From a bacterium (lineage in GTDB: Bacteria > Electryoneota > Electryoneia > Electryoneales > Electryoneaceae), in the NCBI GenBank assembly GCA_963669175.1, contig OY769902.1, forward strand, positions 2,784,001 to 2,848,000: a DNA stretch of 64,000 bases, written 5' to 3'. This document shows positions 57,948 to 64,000 of this stretch, in pieces. Positions within the stretch are counted from its first letter, which is position 1. Every line of letters begins with the position of its first letter. The translations under genes were made by a program, and so were the position numbers. The notes below the pieces were generated by a model. The model made no database searches. It was given only the letters and a program-made list of their open reading frames with translations, and was not told the origin of the DNA.

Positions 57948-58558
57948 ACGTGATACTGGACGGCCAGACGGTTGACCAGCCTATGACCGGAAGTGAAACT
58001 GTCGCGGATATCGTGAAAGCCATATCCCGTATGATTCCTTCTGACAAAAGTGTGGTCAAGGTTCACCTGGATGGCGCGGACGTAACAGGCAAGTTTGATC
58101 AGCAGAATGGTTACGTCAGCCAGCATAATCGTCTTGAAGTAAATACGGGCAACACTCGTGAACTGGCGGGTGAAACAGTCGTCAGTCTCCTGGAATTTCA
58201 TGGATCCCTGCAAAATGCTTTGGCCAAAGCAGCGGAAGAATTCCGGATGGGTGACGAAAACAGGTCAAACGAAATCTTCGCTCAATGCCTTGACGCCCTG
58301 CAAATCGTCCTTCGTACGTCCTATTCTGTAGCTAACCTTTTTAAAATTAAAGGTGATACAGTCATTGTTGACGATACCAGTATGGACGAGCAGATGCAGC
58401 GGGTCAGCGGGCTGCTTGATGAGATTCTGGAAGCGCAGAATCAACGTGATATGATTCTAATCGCTGATCTTATCGAGTATGAGTTGATTCCCATGATGGA
58501 TACCTGGGAACAGTTCATGCTGCAAATTCAGGCGCGCGGCAAAGTGGATGCTGCCTGA
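57941..58558 (+). CDS. Hypothetical protein of flagellin glycosylation loci
   Basis: Helical; C-terminal D.ILIADLIEYELIP...W motif that I recognise from Maf-adjacent genes. Confidence 0.65.
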   Translation: MLNVILDGQTVDQPMTGSETVADIVKAISRMIPSDKSVVKVHLDGADVTGKFDQQNGYVSQHNRLEVNTGNTRELAGETVVSLLEFHGSLQNALAKAAEEFRMGDENRSNEIFAQCLDALQIVLRTSYSVANLFKIKGDTVIVDDTSMDEQMQRVSGLLDEILEAQNQRDMILIADLIEYELIPMMDTWEQFMLQIQARGKVDAA

Positions 58559-58560
58559 TC

Positions 58561-58953
58561 ATGAAGAACCGGACTGACATCCTTCTGGAAGAATTGCTTC
58601 AAGCTACAGAAGAAGCAACGAAGGCGGCGCGTATTGATTTTGATCGTGAAGTCGTCAGTTGTCTTCAACGAAGGGAAAAACTGCTTGTAGAATGGTTTTG
58701 TCTTACTGATGAGCAGTTGCCGCCGTTTGACAAGTTCTTTTCAAGTCAGAACAAGCGAAAGCTTACTCGGCAACAGCGTGAGCAAGTGAAGCTGTTGCGT
58801 GAAGGTGACAAGAAGCTCCAGGAGAGCCTGGTGAATCGATTACAGCGTCTCCAGGAGCGGAGAAGTGGGATTCGTAAAGAAGAACGCCTGCGTCACGGTT
58901 TACTGGAAACCGCTCCACGCAGGATGGGAAAACGGCTGGACCGCATCGGCTGA
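58561..58953 (+). CDS. FliT-like helical chaperone (putative)
   Basis: 130 aa helical, L.RRE.LL and D..L motifs, terminal GKRLDRIG; upstream of flagellin. Confidence 0.55.
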   Translation: MKNRTDILLEELLQATEEATKAARIDFDREVVSCLQRREKLLVEWFCLTDEQLPPFDKFFSSQNKRKLTRQQREQVKLLREGDKKLQESLVNRLQRLQERRSGIRKEERLRHGLLETAPRRMGKRLDRIG

Positions 58954-59054
58954 CCGTTTTATGCTCTTTGACAAGCTGTAAACGCTCTTTGGTATTCTTG
59001 GCGTTTTTGCAAATTCTGCTAATACTTAAAGGGTCACTTCCTGTCTTTCTGAAG

Positions 59055-59081
59055 TAAAGGTTTCCCCAGCCTGTCCGATAA
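59055..59081 (+). promoter_or_regulatory. sigma28 promoter of flagellin
   Basis: TAAA-N15-TCCGATAA (consensus TAAA-N15-GCCGATAA). Confidence 0.9.
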
Positions 59082-59131
59082 TACGAACAGCAAGGGGTTC
59101 CATTTACAGTCATAGGCAAGGAGGTGTTCCT

Positions 59132-59971
59132 ATGAGTACGCGCATTAACCACAACGTACTCTCTCTGACCGCGCAGAGGAACGTCTGGACCTCCCAGAAT
59201 CAGTTGGACACAGCGGTAAACCGCTTGTCTTCTGGGCTCCGGATTAACTACGCGTGGGATGATCCCGCCGGTTTGGCGGTGAGCGAGCGTATGCGTGCAC
59301 AGATTTCATCCATGGATGAAGCTGAACGCAACACAAACTACAACATTAACCTGTTGGCCACCGCAGAAGGCGCCATGAGCGTGATCGACGAAAAGTTGAT
59401 CCGTATGCGCGCCCTGTCAGTTGAAGCCTCAAACGGCGCTCTGACAAGTCTCGATCGTCAGTACCTCAACGTTGAATTCCAACAGTTGAAATCGGAAATC
59501 GATCGAATTGCGAACACGACCAACTACAACGGCTTGTACCTGATTAACGGGAACTACAGTACCGGCACAACCGGCCTGAAATTCCACATCGGCACCTACA
59601 ACGTGCGTAATCAGGACTACTACTACGTGAATATCGGTGACCTGCGCTCCAGCGCGTTGGGCCTCAACGGCACCAACCTGCTGAATACGCTTTCAGCGCA
59701 GCAAACCATCAATTCACTCGACAGCGCGATCGACACCAAGGACACTGAAAGGACCCGCGTGGGTTCGTACGTGGAGCGTTTGCAGAACACCCTCCTGAAC
59801 CTGAAGATTTCCAAGGAGAATGCAGTCGCTTCCGAGTCCATGATTCGTGATGCTGATATTGCGTCGGAGATGAGCAACTTTGTTAAGTCTCAGATCCTGT
59901 TCAATTCGGGCATCTCGATGTTGGCTCAGGCGAACATGGTCCCGCAAATGGTGGCAGGGCTGATCGGGTAA
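59132..59971 (+). CDS. fliC: Flagellin (minimal, 279 aa)
   Basis: RINHN, RLSSGLRIN.A.DDPAGLAVSE, ASESMIRDADIA.EM, MLAQAN. Confidence 0.97.
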   Translation: MSTRINHNVLSLTAQRNVWTSQNQLDTAVNRLSSGLRINYAWDDPAGLAVSERMRAQISSMDEAERNTNYNINLLATAEGAMSVIDEKLIRMRALSVEASNGALTSLDRQYLNVEFQQLKSEIDRIANTTNYNGLYLINGNYSTGTTGLKFHIGTYNVRNQDYYYVNIGDLRSSALGLNGTNLLNTLSAQQTINSLDSAIDTKDTERTRVGSYVERLQNTLLNLKISKENAVASESMIRDADIASEMSNFVKSQILFNSGISMLAQANMVPQMVAGLIG

Positions 59972-60053
59972 CCCGTAGTGCAAGGACGGGTTTAGACGAT
60001 ACCGTAAAAAATCGTCGGGCTTGACGGCTAACGCAGTACCATTTAGAAACTAC

Positions 60054-60110
60054 CACCCATGGAAGGCGCAGGTTCCAGGCTGGGGAACAGCGCATCCATG
60101 GGTGTTTTTT
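60054..60110 (+). terminator. Rho-independent terminator after flagellin
   Basis: CACCCATGGA...TCCATGGGTG stem followed by TTTTTT. Confidence 0.85.
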
Positions 60111-60177
60111 GTGTGCGCAAGTCAAAGAATAATAACGGTATAGCCTGTTTTGGTCGGCCTTGTTCGTGAGGACGACG

Positions 60178-61863
60178 ATGGCAGAAGATACCACTATATC
60201 AGGGTTATCGTCCGGCATTGACTGGGCCACGATGGTGGACCAGCTGATTGCACTGGAAAGCAAGCCCGTTGAGCTTCTGCTGGATAAGCAGGATGATCTG
60301 AAACTCAAGCGCGATGCCTGGACATCCATCCAGACAAAGCTGGAAGCGCTTGAAGCAAAGTCCAAGAGTATGGACGAGCGTGATGAGTTGCTTCAGATGA
60401 GCGCATCCAGCACGGATACGGATGTCGTCACAGCTTCGGCTAATGCTGATGCGAACACGGCAGCGCATACGATTGAAATCAACCAGTTGGCTCAATCACA
60501 TATTATGGTGCATTCGGATGGTTCCGGAGAAGGCTGGGCCAGCCTGAATACATCACCATTACGAACGAATGCCAGTGGCACTGCCATTGCCGGAACATTT
60601 TCATATGATGTGTATGATGATGATACCGGTGCTGTTGAAACATTTAGCGTCAACATTAGCGCAGGCGCAACATTGGCGGATCTGGTTTCGAAGATCAACA
60701 GGTCTTCGGACAATCCGGGGGTTACGGCGTCAACAATTGACGATGGTGGAACGACCAATCCGATTCACCTGGTACTGACCGCTGACAATACCGGCTCTTT
60801 GTACACTGTTACCATTAATGATGCTGGGACAAACCTTGGTTTGCTTGGCGCAACTGACGCATTTGATTCAGGCAATTTTGTGACCACGCAGGTGGCGCAG
60901 GATGCGCAAATTCGTGTGGATGGATATCCGCCGGCATCTTGGATTACACGAACATCAAATACTGTAGACGATATTATTAATGGTGTTACTTTCAATCTGA
61001 AATCGACAACGAGTGGTTCAACTGAGACAATCAACATCCAGGAAGACTACACGCAAATGAAACAGGACATTCAGGACTGGGTTGATGTGTTCAATGAAGT
61101 CATGATAGAAATTTCTGCTAAGACACGCTATGATGAAGAGAATGAAATCATGGGTGTCCTTATGGGGGATTCAAGCGCTTCATCTGTAAAATCAACCTTG
61201 TTGACTTATGCATCAGCAGCAGTGCCGGGTTTGGAAGAAAACGCTACATACACAAACCTGTCTGCTATTGGAATCAGAGTCGCCAGCGGTGGTCAGTTAA
61301 CGGTAAACACGACCACACTGCAGGAGGCGATGGAAGAAGATCTGGATGCTGTAATCAACTTGTTTGTTCGAAGTCTGGGATCAACATCCACGTCCTTTGA
61401 ATATTTTGCCAGCACAACAGCAACACGTGGTGGTGAATACGAGGTAACTGCCAGTTGGTATGCCAATGGCAGGTTGAAATCAGGAACAATTGGTGGATAC
61501 GAAGCATCTGTAGAATACGGTAATGTGTTGGTAGGTAAATCCGGAACACCCGTTGAAGGTTTGCGTATTCTGTTTAACTATGATGACAGTGGCGCTGGCA
61601 GTGAAACAGCCACAGTGTGGGTCAGTGATCCGGTTACAACGCAGACTGCCAACAGCATTGACCAGTGGACAGATTCAATTGACGGTTTAATTAAAATTGT
61701 TAAAGATGCCTATGAAGAACGGATAGACAATATTGACGAAGAGTTGCTCAATTGGGAGCGACGTTTGGAGACAAAACGACAAGCGCTGGAAAGCTCGTTT
61801 ATCGCAATGGAGTCGTCGATTACGACAGCGCAAAGTCAGTCCCAGTGGTTGTCAACGATTTAA
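60178..61863 (+). CDS. fliD: Flagellar filament cap FliD
   Basis: SGLSSGIDW..MVDQLIALE, INQLAQ, AQDA.IRVDG..SNTV..GVTFNL, F.AMES. Confidence 0.95.
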   Translation: MAEDTTISGLSSGIDWATMVDQLIALESKPVELLLDKQDDLKLKRDAWTSIQTKLEALEAKSKSMDERDELLQMSASSTDTDVVTASANADANTAAHTIEINQLAQSHIMVHSDGSGEGWASLNTSPLRTNASGTAIAGTFSYDVYDDDTGAVETFSVNISAGATLADLVSKINRSSDNPGVTASTIDDGGTTNPIHLVLTADNTGSLYTVTINDAGTNLGLLGATDAFDSGNFVTTQVAQDAQIRVDGYPPASWITRTSNTVDDIINGVTFNLKSTTSGSTETINIQEDYTQMKQDIQDWVDVFNEVMIEISAKTRYDEENEIMGVLMGDSSASSVKSTLLTYASAAVPGLEENATYTNLSAIGIRVASGGQLTVNTTTLQEAMEEDLDAVINLFVRSLGSTSTSFEYFASTTATRGGEYEVTASWYANGRLKSGTIGGYEASVEYGNVLVGKSGTPVEGLRILFNYDDSGAGSETATVWVSDPVTTQTANSIDQWTDSIDGLIKIVKDAYEERIDNIDEELLNWERRLETKRQALESSFIAMESSITTAQSQSQWLSTI

Positions 61864-61920
61864 GAGCAGTTGCTTGAAGTTTGACACGTGATCTAGTACG
61901 TTACACAAAGAGGGATCACT

Positions 61921-62310
61921 ATGGCGCGATTCAACCCATACGCGCAGTACCAGAACACTCAGGTGGAATCAGCAGACCCCGGGTCGCTGGTGGTAACCTG
62001 TTATGATGCTGCGATTCGTTCCGTACATGGCGCCGCAGAAGCCATGCGAACGAAAGACTACCAGAATCGTGTTCGGCATTTTGACCTGGCTTTTGACCTG
62101 ATTAACGAGCTGCGCGGTTCGCTGAACAAGGAAAAAGGGGGGCAGATTGCTGAAAACCTTGAAAGATTGTATGGTTATTTTACTTCTGAGTTGTTGATGG
62201 CGAATGCCAACAATGACCCGGACAGGCTTGAACCGATTGAACGTATGCTCAAGGATTTGCGTTCAGCATGGAATGAAGCGCGCAAAGAAAGTAAGTCAGC
62301 GACCGCGTAA
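61921..62310 (+). CDS. fliS: Flagellin chaperone FliS
   Basis: YQNTQVESADP..LV..YD.AI, GGQIAENL..LY.Y, LRSAW. Confidence 0.96.
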   Translation: MARFNPYAQYQNTQVESADPGSLVVTCYDAAIRSVHGAAEAMRTKDYQNRVRHFDLAFDLINELRGSLNKEKGGQIAENLERLYGYFTSELLMANANNDPDRLEPIERMLKDLRSAWNEARKESKSATA

Positions 62311-62364
62311 ACCTTATCCCCAGGCCAGCGGTTGCAACTTGATAGCCTCAGACCGGAGGTAATT

Positions 62365-62847
62365 ATGGTGGACCGGATACCGGACAGCTCAAATCCGTTT
62401 CGAGTCCAACCTGATAAGACTCATCAGACAGATGAGCTGAACCGGGTTGAAAAACCAGGTGGAACGGAGAGTATTTCGCCGCAACAGTCGGAATCGGATG
62501 TCAGCCGGTTCTCGGTTGATGCGGCTGAAGTGGCTCGTTACCAGGAGCTTGCTCGGCTTCACCTGGAGGCGTATGCCGATGTTGAAGATACTCAACGTCA
62601 GGAAAAGCTGAATCTGATCAAGCAGCGGGTTCAAGAGGGGTATTATGATCAACCGGAAGTGGTTGATGCCCTTACGGATTCTCTTGTGACACGTACACTG
62701 GAAGAGGCCGGTACAGCCGATAACCTGGATGCTGTGCGAGGACGAGTCGATCAGAACTACTATGACAGACCAAAAGTGATTGAAAAAACAGCAGAGAAAA
62801 TGACCCGGGCGGTGCTACCAAACCAGGCGCCACCTGAAGAGGAATAG
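62365..62847 (+). CDS. FlgM-like anti-sigma28 protein with duplicated C-terminal motif
   Basis: RQEKLNLIKQRVQEGYY..EVVDAL and NLDAVRGRVDQNYY..KVIEKTAEKM; SD GGAGGT; no other flgM in the cluster. Confidence 0.65.
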   Translation: MVDRIPDSSNPFRVQPDKTHQTDELNRVEKPGGTESISPQQSESDVSRFSVDAAEVARYQELARLHLEAYADVEDTQRQEKLNLIKQRVQEGYYDQPEVVDALTDSLVTRTLEEAGTADNLDAVRGRVDQNYYDRPKVIEKTAEKMTRAVLPNQAPPEEE

Positions 62848-62860
62848 GTTTTCGACGTAT

Positions 62861-62885
62861 ACCCGGCTTCGCGCCGGGTTTTATT
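62861..62885 (+). terminator. Rho-independent terminator ending the flagellar cluster
   Basis: ACCCGGC-TTCGC-GCCGGGT followed by TTTATT. Confidence 0.75.
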
Positions 62886-62955
62886 GTGCAGGCGCCTCCG
62901 TACTGATCGCAGCTTGCCATGTTTTAGCGTGCCAAATAAAAATGTATATTCACAT

Positions 62956-63342
62956 ATGACAGAAATCATCGAAAAACGAGGGATTGAAACAACAAAACCA
63001 TCCCGGTCAGAAGAATTGAAAATGGTGTTCTTCTGGGTTTGGACACTATTTTCAATTGTCATTTTCCTGGTGATATTAACTGCATTTCTGATCCCGCAAG
63101 ACGTAATAGCTTCGATTCTGCCACCTTGTCCACAGTTGGTCAGGACAGGCAAACCCTGTCCGCTGTGTGGAATGACCAGAGCTTTTTATGCCATTTCATC
63201 TCTGGATTTTGAGACAGCATTGGAATTTCATAAGTACAGTATTCTCTTGTTCATTGTTTTCTTTGTGAATCAACTGGTTTTCGTTGTCGTGATTGTGAGG
63301 CAGTTTTTTCAGCGACTGAAACTGAGAAGTACTACACAATGA
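62956..63342 (+). CDS. DUF2752-family membrane protein
   Basis: PPCP...TGKPCPLCGMTRAF flanked by TM helices; start uncertain. Confidence 0.85.
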   Translation: MTEIIEKRGIETTKPSRSEELKMVFFWVWTLFSIVIFLVILTAFLIPQDVIASILPPCPQLVRTGKPCPLCGMTRAFYAISSLDFETALEFHKYSILLFIVFFVNQLVFVVVIVRQFFQRLKLRSTTQ

Positions 63343-63400
63343 AGCACGAATCTATTATATTCTTCCATTGGGCGAAAAACATTTAAGGGAGGTGAGCAGC

Positions 63401-63649
63401 ATGAACAAGCGCATGATGTCGTTAATCTGGGGTATCGCAGTATTCGTCGGAATGATCATTGCGTTCTTCCCGTGTCTAGGTTGGATGAACTGGCTGGTCA
63501 TACCACTGGCTATCGCAGGCGTTGTAATTAGTGCAGTAGTTCTATCCAAGGAAGAGGATCGTACTTTCCCGGTTATCGGATTGGTATTGAGCATCATGTC
63601 TGTGGTACTTGGCTCGTTCCGGTTGATTATGGGCGCGGGTATCATGTAA
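63401..63649 (+). CDS. Small three-TM membrane protein
   Basis: SD GGGAGGT; hydrophobic 82 aa with FFPCLGWMNWL. Confidence 0.7.
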   Translation: MNKRMMSLIWGIAVFVGMIIAFFPCLGWMNWLVIPLAIAGVVISAVVLSKEEDRTFPVIGLVLSIMSVVLGSFRLIMGAGIM

Positions 63650-63677
63650 GCTGTTTTTTCAACAAAGTGTTACAATT

Positions 63678-63723
63678 CCGGCAACAGTATTCCTACTATT
63701 GAATAAGGTTGTCGGTTTTTTTT
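63678..63723 (+). terminator. Rho-independent terminator
   Basis: CCGGCAAC...GTTGTCGG followed by TTTTTTTT. Confidence 0.65.
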
Positions 63724-63736
63724 AGAGGATTTTTCA

Positions 63737-64000
63737 ATGCGGATCGCATTTCTGATAGAATCACTTGGCGCCGGCGGTGCAGAACGTCAGATGGTCAACC
63801 TCGCAACAGGTTTGTTCGAACGCGGACATGATATTGCTGTAGCCTATTATGATGATCGTCAATTTTTCCGCCCAATGCTGGAAGAAGCCGGTATTGAACC
63901 TGTTTTCCTTAATGAGCTTCGTACTTTTTCCCGTGTCCGTAAAGTTGCAGGATGGCTGAAGTCCTATAAGCCGGATCTCGTTCAGTCTTATTTACGGGGC
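63737..64000 (+). CDS. GT4-family glycosyltransferase, N-terminal part (runs off the window)
   Basis: Own translation: MRIAFLIESLGAGGAERQMVNLATGLFERGHD...KPDLVQSYL; open to the window end. Confidence 0.85.
   Translation, partial: MRIAFLIESLGAGGAERQMVNLATGLFERGHDIAVAYYDDRQFFRPMLEEAGIEPVFLNELRTFSRVRKVAGWLKSYKPDLVQSYLRG

Noticed and set aside
1-64000. c-di-GMP riboswitch, tRNA/rRNA, CRISPR array, transposase/integrase
   Set aside because: No matching consensus or regularly spaced repeats seen by eye in any intergenic region; a covariance-model search was not possible

Overview
A nearly complete flagellar gene supercluster (~63 kb, all credible genes on the + strand) from a diderm bacterium. 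The gene set (flgH/flgI/flgA, sigma54 plus sigma28 promoters, FliY-like switch protein, TIGR02530 protein, MotE/FlbB, FapA, FlgJ-SLT fusion) suggests a non-Proteobacterial lineage, possibly FCB-related; this is inference only. Order: flgBC-hyp-fliEFGHIJ-motE-fliK | flgD-TIGR02530-flgE-flbD-motAB-fliLMY-fliO-fapA-fliPQ-[REC-HK, REC-HD-GYP]-fliR-flhB | flhAFG-hyp-fliA-hyp-HDOD-[GAF-PAS-DHp]-hyp | flgFGAHIJNKL-[five glycosyltransferase genes]-hyp-fliT-like | fliC-fliD-fliS-flgM-like, then two small membrane-protein genes and a partial GT4. Four sigma54 (-24/-12) promoters and one sigma28 promoter can be read directly from the sequence. The most interesting signals are: (1) a candidate post-transcriptional hook-control module, in which a small protein with an RNase-like HAxxRxxxRxI motif sits among dense RNA hairpin blocks bracketing flgE; (2) a GT9/CgeB/Maf-like flagellin glycosylation island; (3) a very long FliK with an internal repeat; (4) a tandem-domain FlgM; (5) signalling genes inserted inside fliQ-fliR. 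All calls come from motif recognition and synteny; no database searches or folding programs were run.
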